This document shows positions 1 through 10,596 of a DNA stretch of 64,000 bases, in pieces. A program made the position numbers and the translations under genes. The stretch is from contig OZ025653.1 of assembly GCA_964019335.1 (NCBI GenBank), positions 124,001 to 188,000 of the forward strand, written 5' to 3'. The notes below the pieces were generated by a model. The model was given only the letters and a program-made list of their open reading frames with translations, was not told the origin of the DNA and ran no database searches. This DNA comes from Diplonema japonicum. Its lineage: Eukaryota; Protista; Euglenozoa: Diplonemea. Each line of letters opens with the position of its first letter. The stretch's first letter is position 1.

Positions 1-1
1 T

Positions 2-3000
2 GCACCCCAACACGTCTCCCGCCGCCCATCTCTTGGGAATCAGCGCAACTGGCTGGCTCGAGTGCCACTTCTGACAGCGGAAGAGATCAACTGCCCACGA
101 GTGTTCGTCATCACCCACCCCAAGGCCTCCGACCGCCTTAGGTACGTACTTGTCAGTAGCCCATCCGATCTGCATCAGGCCATGGCTTGCCAAGGTCACT
201 TCGTAATACCACTTCCCTTGCTGCACCTTGACATTGGCCTTCACACTGTAAAATGCTGTTCCAGAGTTCTTGCATTCCAAGCCATTTGAAATCACTCCAT
301 CTGTCACGATGAGCTCAACGTACTGCGGCCCCACCCTGTGCGGTATGTTCTTGAAATGGTCGATCGCGTCGTAGAAGTATGGGGGCAAAGGATAGCCGTT
401 GATCAAGCACTTACTGGTGTCCACGAGGGCATGTAATTGATTGAACGGCAGGGCCTCATTCAGGACCAAGTGCAAAGGACGGATAGAGCGGTAGTCTTGC
501 GGTTGCTCGTACTCAAATGGTGCACTGCCAAGGTTGATAAGGACACCGTCGCGCGACTCGATCATGACAGCAGGGAAGACTGCTTCGTCAGGGTGAAGGG
601 AGAACTTGCACGATGCGAACCACCGCCTGCTCATCGAGAATGATATTGTGCCAATGTCAAGGTCCACTTCCACCCCGACGGCGTACCTGGGAAAGTTGTA
701 CCGAGGAACGCTGTGCTCAACCTGTCCGCAACTCGACACACCGTACACAGTGTGCCACCCCCAACTGCGTAGTTTTCCATCTTCGCTACTCTTCGAGGAC
801 ACGATACCTATGGTCAGTCCCCCACGCCCAGTTAGCTGCTTCACTTCGAAATACCATTTTCCTGTGCTCAATCTTGCGTTTGCCTTTACCACCAAGTTCT
901 CAGCCCCTGCCCACACAATTCGCCTCCCATCGCAGTCATGGTCCACTTTGAAATTTTTCGCTTCCACTTCTTCGAACTCCTCTCCAGACACGTCCCCGTT
1001 GCCCAGAACATTGTTCCAGATTGACTCAGCGCTGCGTACTGCTAAAAACAGTTCCGTGAGGCTTTGAACGATCTTCGAGTGCAGAACGCAATTCCCGTTT
1101 ACCTGCTCACGGGCGTATTGCGCTTCGAGTGCTTGTTTCAAAGGCATCAGTACACCGAGGTTGGGTATCTGGTATGTAGGCCAGTCAAGCGGATTGCTCA
1201 CAACCTGCCGGATAACAGACAGCAGCAGCCTCCGGTGATACGACTGAGTATGGGCCACGGCCGACAAGAGCGCATGGAACATCTGGCGCGGCTTTGGGAG
1301 AGGCTGTGCTGTAGTAGTGCAATAATTAACAAGCTGCTCGAGGAAAGCAAGACCAAGTTCGAACCTCTCGAACCCGTACTGGACGATAAGCTTGTAGCCC
1401 CACCCGCCGGACGTGCTGTCAGTGTGGTAGTGATAATAGAAACACGGCAGATTGATTGAAAGAGGCGGCCATGGCTTGATCCCTGCGTTCCTCACGATGA
1501 CTCTCTTGCACTCTGGATCAGCTGCGATGGTAAGGACCTCCGGTCCAACCTCGGTACTCCTTGGATCGATCAAAACCCTGTACTGCGTGTGCCCTGGTAT
1601 ACCAACACTGCAGGGGCCTGTCTTTGGCACCTTGACATATGGGTGGGTTGACTCTCGTATAATGAAGCTCGGTACCTCTTCTATCAGGGCGAGACTTTCG
1701 TCTAAAAGATCAGACATCATATTGGAACTGGAAGGTGTCTCGCTGAGCATTCTTAGCAGCTGTGACTGCACGATCTCAGCGGCGGCCAGCTGGCCGCTAT
1801 CGACTAGAACGCGCTGCAGGCTGCACACGGTTGCTGTGCCTCCAAGATCGTCGACAGACATCCTGACGTCGTCGGGCCAGTTGGCAATGACCTGAACCAG
1901 CAGGACACGTGCATAAAGGCAGCTCACCAATAGCTGCGCCTGGTTCAGCTCGACTAACATCTCTTCCTGTCCGAGCGTATGGAGCTCTTCCCACAAAGCA
2001 GGTCTGTCAACACAAGCATGGACAGCATGCGAGGTTGTAGAGGAGACACCAGCACCCGCACCGTCATTTAGTGTCGTCAGGTCCACCTCATTTTCAATCT
2101 CTGCCTCCGTGCTTGACGCAACCCACCCCACCTTCCCTGATAGCTCGCCGCATATTCTGCTGCCGTCAATCCATATGGTTGAGTCATTCACCGTGCGTCC
2201 TTCTCGTTCTTTGCACCTCAAGAAACACACCAACGTGCCATTGTTCACAGGCAAGACACCGTTTGACAGCTGCTCTACTTTCGAATCGCACAGCGCTACT
2301 TGCCACACTCTTATGTTCTTCAAATCGCCAGCGAATCGCCCAAGAGCATCTTGTGCCCTTCCGCCGATGAGCCAATTGCAAGCACGTTCTATCTTCCTGG
2401 CTTCAAAAGACAGCGACGTGGCCTCCAGCACACCATCCTTGTACAGCTTCCACACTGACTCGTTGTACACAGCGCTCACATGCATCCACTTCCCTACACA
2501 TTGACGTGGAAGCTTGAAGCTTGCCACAATGCTTAGGCCGTCCTGCACGAGCCACCCTGCTTCTAACTTGTCATCCGATAGCTGGATTGCCATCACTGGG
2601 TCGTCCCCCGCAGAATATCTGTGCAACACGGTCTGGAGGCCTTGTAAGCTGTTTGTCCTCAGCGAGAGGTCAATAGAGATGCTGCCGGAGAACGACAGCC
2701 GAGAGGGGTACCCCAAGCTGACAAGACCACCGTTAAACTGCAGGCCAGCTTGAGCAGTTTGAGGTTCTTTACAGTACTGGTCGTCCATCCTCTCCTCGTC
2801 ACTGTCGTGTTGGTATGGCTGAGACTCGTGAGACTCCTGTGAGCTAATATTGCTGGCACCATTTGAGCCTTCTTCCTCGTACTCCTGTCTGTCTCTATCC
2901 TCGCTGAAGCCTTCCATCTCTTCTTCACACTCTTCTTCACGCTCTCCTCCATATGACCCCGCTTCGTCTTCTTGGTACACATCCCCACCGTCGTCACCAG

Positions 3001-6000
3001 TGACATCCTCTGCGTGCTCTGTCTCAGCTTCCGTCTCAGTTTCGCTTGCGGCATGGCGATTCACAACAGAAGGGCTCAACAACGGCGAGCCGTGTGTATG
3101 GGTGGTTGCAAAATACCTTAAAGGTATAGGCAACAGCACAACGTCCTTCATCTCAGATGTCGGTCGTGGGGATGGCGGAAGGTCGGCCAGGGCGTTATAG
3201 AGCATCAACACCTTCTCTTCAGCTGCCTCCAGGGGCAGCTCCCCCTTGTTGTGCTGCGCTGCAACAGCCACAATCTGCTTCAAGAGTCCTGATGTCGCAA
3301 GCCATTTTAAAGCGCAGGGACTAGACTTGACATTGATCCAAGCAGCCCGCAAGATCATCATCGTCTGCGCAGACTCTTTGTCGTCTCTGTTAAGAACATC
3401 CCGCAATAACTCTCGAAGGATAGGCCACAAGTCCTTCCTTATTTCCTCCTCCGGCCCAACAGCCACCGAGCTATTGGGCACCACCTCTCGGACACGCAAC
3501 CAATCGAAGGGGTCGGGAAGCGAGATAGCACTAAGTGGCACTTGTTCAATAGTTCTGAGAGACCTGTCAACTATCTGTGCTGTTCCATCTTTTAGATCAA
3601 GTGCCACGACAAAGGCGCGCTCCTTCATTGCCTTAACCTCGCTGCAGTATTCAACTAGACACCCTGTCCCTAGTTGCTCCCGAAGACCTCCCACGACAGC
3701 TAGGGAAATGAGGAAAAAGTCTTGCCCTTCGTTTCCCTCCAAACTTGATTCTAGCATGGTGGCTACTGTGTTGTGCCATGCGGGCGAACGAGCAAGCAAC
3801 GCCAGCAGCCGTAGAGCGCCCCATCCACTTGAGCTCAGCTCTTTGCTAACTGGTGCCACAAATGGAAGACACTTGCCTGCTGACCGCATGAGCAGTGTTA
3901 GTGTGTCTTGGATAGCACTGGTGTGCACAGGACTACTGCGTGCCACAAACGCAGCGCTTGTTTCAGAGGGATGGAAGCCGGGAAGCGCCAAGGATAAGGT
4001 ATGAAGCAACATGTGACTGATCCCACGTGGCATGCCTTGCAGGGAAGCCGCTCGGAGGATGCAGTATGGAGCTGAGCAGGAAATCATGCATGCAACTAGA
4101 TGCTCGCCAGCGCAGTTGTCAGGATCCTGATTAGACCCAAGGCCGTAAACTGCAGCGGCTATGATCGAGCAGCTGCGGGGAATCTGAGTCAGTAGTGGTG
4201 TCCGTATCACAGCGCAATCCCACAGGACTACACACCTTGCGATCTCCGTTACAGCAATGCTCACAATAGTGGAGATGAGTTGTGACGAAGCCTCTGAAAC
4301 GTCCACAGCCGCCAGCAGGAAATTCGACTGATCGGGGGGCTTCTCGTCGAATGGCCTCGACCGCGGCGACCGCAGAGCGGATTTGTTCACTGGAGACACC
4401 ACCTGATCAAATACAACTACACCTTCTGCTGTGGTATCCGTGTCTGTGGCTTGTGTTCCCTGCTCCACTTGCTGGGCGCCCGATGTACGCAAAAGGATGA
4501 TGAGCGATGCCCTGATGGTCAACGAGTGAAGCAACTGCCATGCAACGTGTCGTAGAAGCGTTTCTTTTTCTTTTGCGGTGCCTGATGTAATTGATGCTAG
4601 ATCAAACATAAACTTATTTGCGCCAAAGTTCACGTTGAACTCCCCTTTGGCATCTATTCCTATCAGAGGTTTCACATCATGCACGAAGTTGCTGATACGT
4701 ATTGGCAACAATTTACCTTCGAGTGTCCAGAAAACTTCACATGTCGCCGTCAGCATTCCACACCCGACAGTTTGCCCGGCCCCGAAAACAGGGCCCAGCT
4801 GCTTACCTCTTCCATTTCCTTGGAAGAGCATCCCATCATCACTGTGGTATGCGCAACTTAGTGGACCCCATCCAGGATGCCTAGACCTGTCGTGTCCCAG
4901 AGGACCCAGCCCCACCGCCACAGCGCCAAGCTCTGCTAACTCCTTTATGGTGACCTCGTAGTAGAAAACAGGCGACGATGTGGCTTTCGTACTCCACAGA
5001 GTACTCCCTTCGACAGTTCCTCGTAAAGACGAACAGTTCGGTTTGCACTTCACACCGAGCTGGTTTGGCGCGATGGTTATACACGAAGTAGGGGTTTGTT
5101 CTAGTACTGCTTGAGTTGCAGCTACAGGTACATCGCTGCACAGCAGACAAAAGGGTAGAGCTGCATCGTCCAGAGAGGCTGGGTCGGGTACGTACGTCTC
5201 GGGTGTGAAGCTGTGCTCTGACAAGCTGCGGGGGAGTACACTAAAAAGCGTAGCAAGCAACTGTGGCAGCTTCGAGGACAGTAAGAATGCCATGTCCGAT
5301 GCCTGCCAAGGTACGCTGAACATCTGGAGAAGAAACTTCTCCAAGTCAACCGGCACAGAGTCTGCTTCACTGTAGGAGACTTCCTTCAGCTTCGAAGAGG
5401 CGTAGTTTACAAGCGAGTAAATGGCGTTCTTAACTTTCACCTGCACTTGTGACCCCGAAGCCGACAAGCCGTGGAGGTAGTGGTTCCCCGAGATCGCTTT
5501 CACAGCAATAACGAGGCAATCCAGCAAGCAGGCACCCTCTGGACAAGCATGAATAACCTTCTCTAAGTACTCTAGACCTCTCGCCCTCTCCACACCACGT
5601 ACCTTTCGGCGTTTCAAGAGAGCGTCCACCTCCGCAGGATTGAAGGTGCAATCTGCTACGATTTCAACAACTTGCACTGCGACGTCCGCGTCACCCGTGC
5701 GCTTTGTTTCCAGCTGTATGTGAGACAGCTTCAGCAGCTGCTGGAGCCGCCTCAGCGTTTTCCACGAAAGGAATAACTTCTTCCAATTATTCACCTTTGC
5801 CGACGTGTTCTTTTCTTGGCTGCTGTCGAACTTATCGATGACACCAGGCGCCAGCATCATTCTCATCTCGATGTCTCGGGCTGTTAGAACGTGCCCTCCA
5901 GGATCAAAGCGCAGCAACAGCATTGCGCGGTCGCCTGCCCTCTCAAGCGCGGCAGAACCTTGTGTCTGCTTCAGCTCCATTAGCTGCGTCACCAATCCTT

Positions 6001-9000
6001 CGATTTTCGAGAACCCGTACAGCACGCCCGCAGGCAGCTGAGATGACTTATGTGCAGTGAAGTCTGCATGGGGCACGGCGTGATGAAGCACGGCTGCGTA
6101 GACAATGCGGAGCACCTTGTCCACGTCTACTGCCCTCTGCAGGGCAACAGAGAGCATCTTGTTCTGCATGTGGTTTTTCTTAAGGTTGCCCCACATCTGC
6201 ATTTCAGTGTCTGCCCCCGACAACAGACCCTGCACCACACGTGCTTTCCTTGACATGTCCTGGTGGCTACTTGACCTTAAACCCGATCGCATCAAGGCTG
6301 AGCTGAACCACCTCTCGTAAGGAGCCGGCACAGGTGCTAGAGCAGCTGAGGCCACCTGACCAGAAATGCGCCCCACAATGTATAACAGCGAGTGCTGCAT
6401 GTCAGACCAGAAATCCCAACCACCTCTTTTGTGTGAACCTCCTCTCTTGAGAAGTCTTGACTGGAGGAAGCCAGGCGTAAGAGGGTCGGTGGCAGACGGC
6501 AAAGAAACTCGAGGTCGTGCCTCAGCCCCAGTGGATGGTCTTGAGGAGGGAGCCGGGAGGTACTGCAGGAAGTCCTGCAAGGTTTTGTGGAAGTCTAACA
6601 TGCAATCCATGATATCAAGAAGTGCCGTGTCCGCTGTCCCGATGAGCAGCCCTAATGATGATATAAGCACGGGGACGTTCACGCCTAAAAAGCTAGAGCG
6701 CAACATGCGATCCACAGTTGACCATACACCAGGGTCCTGGCTGTCGTCCACACACTTGATACCAGCTTGCAAACAGCGTGTGGCACATGCCAAGAGTTCC
6801 GTGATGTATGCCACAAGTTGGCTGAAGACAGGGGGGTATTCATGATTCTCCCCGTGAGGACCTACAGTTGTGGCAGCAGCCTCACGCACAGATAACGCAA
6901 CCAAGCACTTCTGGAACATCCCCAGTACTGCGATAAGTGTTTCATCTTCTGAGCACTGCTCGTTTGAGGTCAACCGAGCCACGCAAATACTTGCAGAATT
7001 GCGCAAGAGCGTAACCACAAAATATGTGAGGTTTGCTTTCTCATTGTAAGGCTTGGAATTAAAAGTCTGCGAAGCTGAATACAATGCAGTGGACTGCAGT
7101 GTGAACGAGATGTTCGAGAGGTACAAGCTGCTGACAGAGTCGGATTGGGAGTTCAACGAGGGCACGGGGGATCTCAAGGCCGACATCACGTGTGGCTGCT
7201 TAGAGAAATGTGTCAGCAAGATGTGGTAAGACGCAGTCTCGATGACAGACATGTTGGATTCGTTCCCTTCCGTCGTCTGTATGTAACGAAGGGCAAGGGA
7301 GGTACAAGTAACTATTCTGAGCCCTGGCTCTGGCAACAGCAACAACAGCAAAGGAGTTAAGAGTGCCTTCGCATCCTCATCTTCCGGATCTCTGTCAAAT
7401 ACTGCAGTAAGAAGTGCCCAGAACTTATTCTCAATGTCGCCATCAAGTTGCACTCCATTGTCTCCGCTGTGCAGTTTCTTCTCGCCCGCAAAACCAATAA
7501 GGCTGGGATCAGCTTCGCATGCTATAAGACTCTCGAGGTTACACCTCAGAAGCCTCAGTGCCGTGCCTTTCAGGAACTTGTGAAAGTCATCTGATTCATC
7601 CAAACCGATCTCTAGCAACGTAAAGAGGCTTTCAATGGTAGTCTGGCTGACGTCCACGCACAAGGGGTGATACAGTCGTGGTATCGAATTCTGCGACAAC
7701 GGAAGGGAAGCAAGATCGGCAGCGCGCATGATGTGCTCAACAACGTGAAGTGCAAGAATAGGTTCTGTGTTTGCTGGTAGCTCATGGGTAGTGTAGCCCG
7801 CCATGCGCTTGTGAATAACGCGTCGTGGGAAGTATGGAATGGACCAGTTGTGGATTACTATCTCCAGCTGTGCTAAGCCAAAGGCCCACAACCTGTGCTC
7901 TGCAGCATCGTAGTGTACGGCGTGTGGCTCGAAGCCAAAACCCTGGCATTTCACTGTGTGTTCGTATTCTATCCTTCCTGTCTCAATATTGTAGAACCTA
8001 AATAACCAGTTCCCGGTCCCTTCGGGGACGCCCCCTACGCCCATGAACATCCCATTGCTGTATGCTGTGACATGTGGCAGCGTCCCCTGCGACGTCCTCT
8101 CGAAAAGACCTGTATCAATCACCGAACGCGATGTCCGCCCCCGAGACATCATCACAAGATCTGGGCACCTGACCCACCTTGCAGGGCTTACGTCAGGCAA
8201 TGAAGTGTCAGAGAGCAAAGACTGTTTGGCATGCAAACTGTAAGGACCTCGGTCAAACAGAGTGACTCCACAACTATCGCACATGGGCCAGTACGCTACA
8301 AGGTGCGGCTCGTCGCCCCTGAGGCACTGATGCTGACCATGCCGTATTGTGTTATAGTCACGAGAGACGCTCCACAGCTTCAAGTGGGCAACCACGCCAA
8401 ACAGGCCTGTCCCAATGACAGGGCCACAGTCCGAAGGACTCCATATCTTTAGGATCTGTGTACAGCGCTTACTGGAAGTTCTTTGAACGCCATCCACGAT
8501 CAACTTGCACACGCACTCAATCTCGTCAATGGTAGCAGCCACATGTGTCCACACGCCGAGCGGTGTCGCTCCGACCGATAAGCGTGCACGGCAACCAGCG
8601 TTCCCGGCACTACGGACACCGCATGTCCACACGATCTCACCTTCACATGGTGACACGTCAAGATAGACCTCCGTAGACCCGGAGTAGCTACCGTGTCTGT
8701 ACACCACAACAGGCCCATCAAGAACATCAAGCTTTATCCAGGCCTCGACAGTCAGCGCCGTGCTCCTGACAGGGGGCCACACAGCCGCAGTGTTTGGTAG
8801 CCCTGCTGAGCAGTACAATGGTGCTGTTGCCAACTGAAGATACATTATTCTGCTGGGCTCCTGTGGAAGTCCATGTTTTAAAAGTGTGCCCTGTACCGAA
8901 GCATCCAAGGGCTGAACCTTTACAACCTTCTTGCCCATGTTTGACGATACTGATGCATGCACGGATTTATCCAGAGGGAACAAATCGACAGGTAGCTTGA

Positions 9001-10540
9001 ATACACGGCTCACGCTGTGGGAAGTGCCGTTCGAGTAATGTAGTACGAAGGTTGTGAGCATTAAGATGCTGCTATCGTCAGCGGATACCACGCGGGTTGC
9101 TGAGGTGAAGCCGTTCGCGGGTGTTGCCAGCTTGAGGTTTTCGCAATCAGCAAGGACATCTACTTGCACTTTCCAGCGCGAGAGGTCTTCTAAGGACTGC
9201 GTGTCCACAATCTCGATATCCAGCTTTACAATCTCTGTTTCCCAGTCCTGAGCCTCAGAAGTGGTGGTCAGGCTGGACACCACCATCACACCCTCTGGTA
9301 CGCGGACGGTAGACACCACCATCTTATCACACGAAGGATCGAAGTGCTGAGAGTCGACGACGATGTCATCACGCTGCGTGTCATATTGCGACTGTGCCCT
9401 GGCACCTAGCAGGCACCCGTCTGAGAACCGCCTAAACATCTTCCTCTTCACACCCTCGCCGAACGAGCGATAATTCAGTATCCTGGGCCGCTTACCTACC
9501 GATGTTTTCAGAAGCCCGTACTTGTGCAGGACAATGATACACCACCCCCCTGCAGTGTCAACAACCACAGAAGACAGCAACGGTGAAGCAACATCAGGAG
9601 GCAGCGTGAGCTTAGTGCCGTCGAGCCATGTCTGCGGGGCAGGGGCACCCAGGTACGGGACTGGCTCTTTCCCATGCAACTCTCTTAAAAGAGGTCCAAC
9701 AACAAGGCTCTGCGTGTTATCTTTCAGAAGGAAGATCACTATCTCAAGCAAATCACCGAGCGACCCTCGTAGAACACCAAACTTCAGCCAAACCTCCAAA
9801 ATAAGCCTTGTGTGTGACGGTATCGACAGCAACAGCCCGCTGAGCAGCTTTGATATGTCTGTTGCAAGAGGCGCGAGTTTAGAGCCTACACCATCACCGA
9901 TCTCAGTTAGCGACAGGGCGGGGAGTGGCTCAAGTCCTTTCGAGAGCTTGTGTATGATGTCAGATGCCAGGGAAATGTTGGTGCGGGACATAGTGGTGAG
10001 CATGAGCAGCAACATGTTTAAGCAAGACCGCATGGTAAGGGAGAGCGGTTCTGGCGGCGTGCTTTCGCTGTCTGGAACCTCATTGGGGTGTGCATCGAAC
10101 TGCATGTACGAAACCCACCTCAGGTTCTCTGACTGCATCTTGGTCAGGGACATGGTGTCCGTGTCCGCGTAGATGTTGGCAGCTGCAGTGTACACCCTGG
10201 AGAGTACCGCGAGCCTCCTTTCCAATATTAGCTGGTACGGGGTATGCAACGCACGTGTGCACCTTGTGATGTCAAGTGTAATAGCATCCATCTCAGAAGC
10301 CATCTGCGTAGCGTCTGGTGTGAAGTACACATCAACAACACACTCCTGCTCGGCCTCAGGCAACTGAAGTCCTGCTGTTAGTGACACAGAAGGGAACTGC
10401 AGCGGTCCTGCGGGAGGAAGACCTCGGGCCAGCTTAAACAGGTAATTAGCAGCATCATAGTGAGTGCAGAACAGCTCCGATAACTCTATGCTGGCCCATT
10501 CGTGTTCCTCGTTAGTCGTTGCTGCTGCCGTGGGATCCAT
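2..10540 (-). CDS. Giant (>3,513 aa, 3'-truncated by window edge) protein with 2 LamG/ConA-like domains, 3 SPRY domains and a CUB-like 'ESxHPY' module; probable HECT/HERC-type E3 ligase scaffold
   Basis: ATG at 10540 (MDPTAAATTNEEHEW...), with an in-frame TAG just upstream. Spot translations in the same frame give: LamG 'TVEAWIKLD...WTHVAATID...KLIVDG' (~8300-8800); SPRY 'FYYEVTI...PGWGPLSCAYHSDDG...GQTVGCG' (~4650-5050); acidic tract ~2880-3050; LamG 'GKWMHVSAVYN...KLYKDG' (~2150-2750); 'IRESTHPY..IPG' (~1560-1670); SPRY 'GKWYFEV' (~450-950); SPRY 'GKWYYEVTL..GLMQIGWAT..GVGDDEHSWAVD' (<300). The track lists no stop-terminated ORF in this frame, so the frame is open to the edge. The catalytic E3 domain is not visible. 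Confidence 0.88.
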   Translation of the reverse strand, partial: MDPTAAATTNEEHEWASIELSELFCTHYDAANYLFKLARGLPPAGPLQFPSVSLTAGLQLPEAEQECVVDVYFTPDATQMASEMDAITLDITRCTRALHTPYQLILERRLAVLSRVYTAAANIYADTDTMSLTKMQSENLRWVSYMQFDAHPNEVPDSESTPPEPLSLTMRSCLNMLLLMLTTMSRTNISLASDIIHKLSKGLEPLPALSLTEIGDGVGSKLAPLATDISKLLSGLLLSIPSHTRLILEVWLKFGVLRGSLGDLLEIVIFLLKDNTQSLVVGPLLRELHGKEPVPYLGAPAPQTWLDGTKLTLPPDVASPLLSSVVVDTAGGWCIIVLHKYGLLKTSVGKRPRILNYRSFGEGVKRKMFRRFSDGCLLGARAQSQYDTQRDDIVVDSQHFDPSCDKMVVSTVRVPEGVMVVSSLTTTSEAQDWETEIVKLDIEIVDTQSLEDLSRWKVQVDVLADCENLKLATPANGFTSATRVVSADDSSILMLTTFVLHYSNGTSHSVSRVFKLPVDLFPLDKSVHASVSSNMGKKVVKVQPLDASVQGTLLKHGLPQEPSRIMYLQLATAPLYCSAGLPNTAAVWPPVRSTALTVEAWIKLDVLDGPVVVYRHGSYSGSTEVYLDVSPCEGEIVWTCGVRSAGNAGCRARLSVGATPLGVWTHVAATIDEIECVCKLIVDGVQRTSSKRCTQILKIWSPSDCGPVIGTGLFGVVAHLKLWSVSRDYNTIRHGQHQCLRGDEPHLVAYWPMCDSCGVTLFDRGPYSLHAKQSLLSDTSLPDVSPARWVRCPDLVMMSRGRTSRSVIDTGLFERTSQGTLPHVTAYSNGMFMGVGGVPEGTGNWLFRFYNIETGRIEYEHTVKCQGFGFEPHAVHYDAAEHRLWAFGLAQLEIVIHNWSIPYFPRRVIHKRMAGYTTHELPANTEPILALHVVEHIMRAADLASLPLSQNSIPRLYHPLCVDVSQTTIESLFTLLEIGLDESDDFHKFLKGTALRLLRCNLESLIACEADPSLIGFAGEKKLHSGDNGVQLDGDIENKFWALLTAVFDRDPEDEDAKALLTPLLLLLLPEPGLRIVTCTSLALRYIQTTEGNESNMSVIETASYHILLTHFSKQPHVMSALRSPVPSLNSQSDSVSSLYLSNISFTLQSTALYSASQTFNSKPYNEKANLTYFVVTLLRNSASICVARLTSNEQCSEDETLIAVLGMFQKCLVALSVREAAATTVGPHGENHEYPPVFSQLVAYITELLACATRCLQAGIKCVDDSQDPGVWSTVDRMLRSSFLGVNVPVLISSLGLLIGTADTALLDIMDCMLDFHKTLQDFLQYLPAPSSRPSTGAEARPRVSLPSATDPLTPGFLQSRLLKRGGSHKRGGWDFWSDMQHSLLYIVGRISGQVASAALAPVPAPYERWFSSALMRSGLRSSSHQDMSRKARVVQGLLSGADTEMQMWGNLKKNHMQNKMLSVALQRAVDVDKVLRIVYAAVLHHAVPHADFTAHKSSQLPAGVLYGFSKIEGLVTQLMELKQTQGSAALERAGDRAMLLLRFDPGGHVLTARDIEMRMMLAPGVIDKFDSSQEKNTSAKVNNWKKLFLSWKTLRRLQQLLKLSHIQLETKRTGDADVAVQVVEIVADCTFNPAEVDALLKRRKVRGVERARGLEYLEKVIHACPEGACLLDCLVIAVKAISGNHYLHGLSASGSQVQVKVKNAIYSLVNYASSKLKEVSYSEADSVPVDLEKFLLQMFSVPWQASDMAFLLSSKLPQLLATLFSVLPRSLSEHSFTPETYVPDPASLDDAALPFCLLCSDVPVAATQAVLEQTPTSCITIAPNQLGVKCKPNCSSLRGTVEGSTLWSTKATSSPVFYYEVTIKELAELGAVAVGLGPLGHDRSRHPGWGPLSCAYHSDDGMLFQGNGRGKQLGPVFGAGQTVGCGMLTATCEVFWTLEGKLLPIRISNFVHDVKPLIGIDAKGEFNVNFGANKFMFDLASITSGTAKEKETLLRHVAWQLLHSLTIRASLIILLRTSGAQQVEQGTQATDTDTTAEGVVVFDQVVSPVNKSALRSPRSRPFDEKPPDQSNFLLAAVDVSEASSQLISTIVSIAVTEIARCVVLWDCAVIRTPLLTQIPRSCSIIAAAVYGLGSNQDPDNCAGEHLVACMISCSAPYCILRAASLQGMPRGISHMLLHTLSLALPGFHPSETSAAFVARSSPVHTSAIQDTLTLLMRSAGKCLPFVAPVSKELSSSGWGALRLLALLARSPAWHNTVATMLESSLEGNEGQDFFLISLAVVGGLREQLGTGCLVEYCSEVKAMKERAFVVALDLKDGTAQIVDRSLRTIEQVPLSAISLPDPFDWLRVREVVPNSSVAVGPEEEIRKDLWPILRELLRDVLNRDDKESAQTMMILRAAWINVKSSPCALKWLATSGLLKQIVAVAAQHNKGELPLEAAEEKVLMLYNALADLPPSPRPTSEMKDVVLLPIPLRYFATTHTHGSPLLSPSVVNRHAASETETEAETEHAEDVTGDDGGDVYQEDEAGSYGGEREEECEEEMEGFSEDRDRQEYEEEGSNGASNISSQESHESQPYQHDSDEERMDDQYCKEPQTAQAGLQFNGGLVSLGYPSRLSFSGSISIDLSLRTNSLQGLQTVLHRYSAGDDPVMAIQLSDDKLEAGWLVQDGLSIVASFKLPRQCVGKWMHVSAVYNESVWKLYKDGVLEATSLSFEARKIERACNWLIGGRAQDALGRFAGDLKNIRVWQVALCDSKVEQLSNGVLPVNNGTLVCFLRCKEREGRTVNDSTIWIDGSRICGELSGKVGWVASSTEAEIENEVDLTTLNDGAGAGVSSTTSHAVHACVDRPALWEELHTLGQEEMLVELNQAQLLVSCLYARVLLVQVIANWPDDVRMSVDDLGGTATVCSLQRVLVDSGQLAAAEIVQSQLLRMLSETPSSSNMMSDLLDESLALIEEVPSFIIRESTHPYVKVPKTGPCSVGIPGHTQYRVLIDPRSTEVGPEVLTIAADPECKRVIVRNAGIKPWPPLSINLPCFYYHYHTDSTSGGWGYKLIVQYGFERFELGLAFLEQLVNYCTTTAQPLPKPRQMFHALLSAVAHTQSYHRRLLLSVIRQVVSNPLDWPTYQIPNLGVLMPLKQALEAQYAREQVNGNCVLHSKIVQSLTELFLAVRSAESIWNNVLGNGDVSGEEFEEVEAKNFKVDHDCDGRRIVWAGAENLVVKANARLSTGKWYFEVKQLTGRGGLTIGIVSSKSSEDGKLRSWGWHTVYGVSSCGQVEHSVPRYNFPRYAVGVEVDLDIGTISFSMSRRWFASCKFSLHPDEAVFPAVMIESRDGVLINLGSAPFEYEQPQDYRSIRPLHLVLNEALPFNQLHALVDTSKCLINGYPLPPYFYDAIDHFKNIPHRVGPQYVELIVTDGVISNGLECKNSGTAFYSVKANVKVQQGKWYYEVTLASHGLMQIGWATDKYVPKAVGGLGVGDDEHSWAVDLFRCQKWHSSQPVALIPKRWAAGDVLGC

Positions 10541-10596
10541 CTCTCCATTCCACCTGGATGGCTAAGGTGCTTCAGATATGGAGTTTTATTTTTACT

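Noticed and set aside
62-10367. Many plus-strand and short off-frame ORFs in the first 10 kb; possibility of a reassigned genetic code
   Set aside because: They are shadows of the single giant minus-strand ORF, which is open under the standard code. Other genes end in normal stops.
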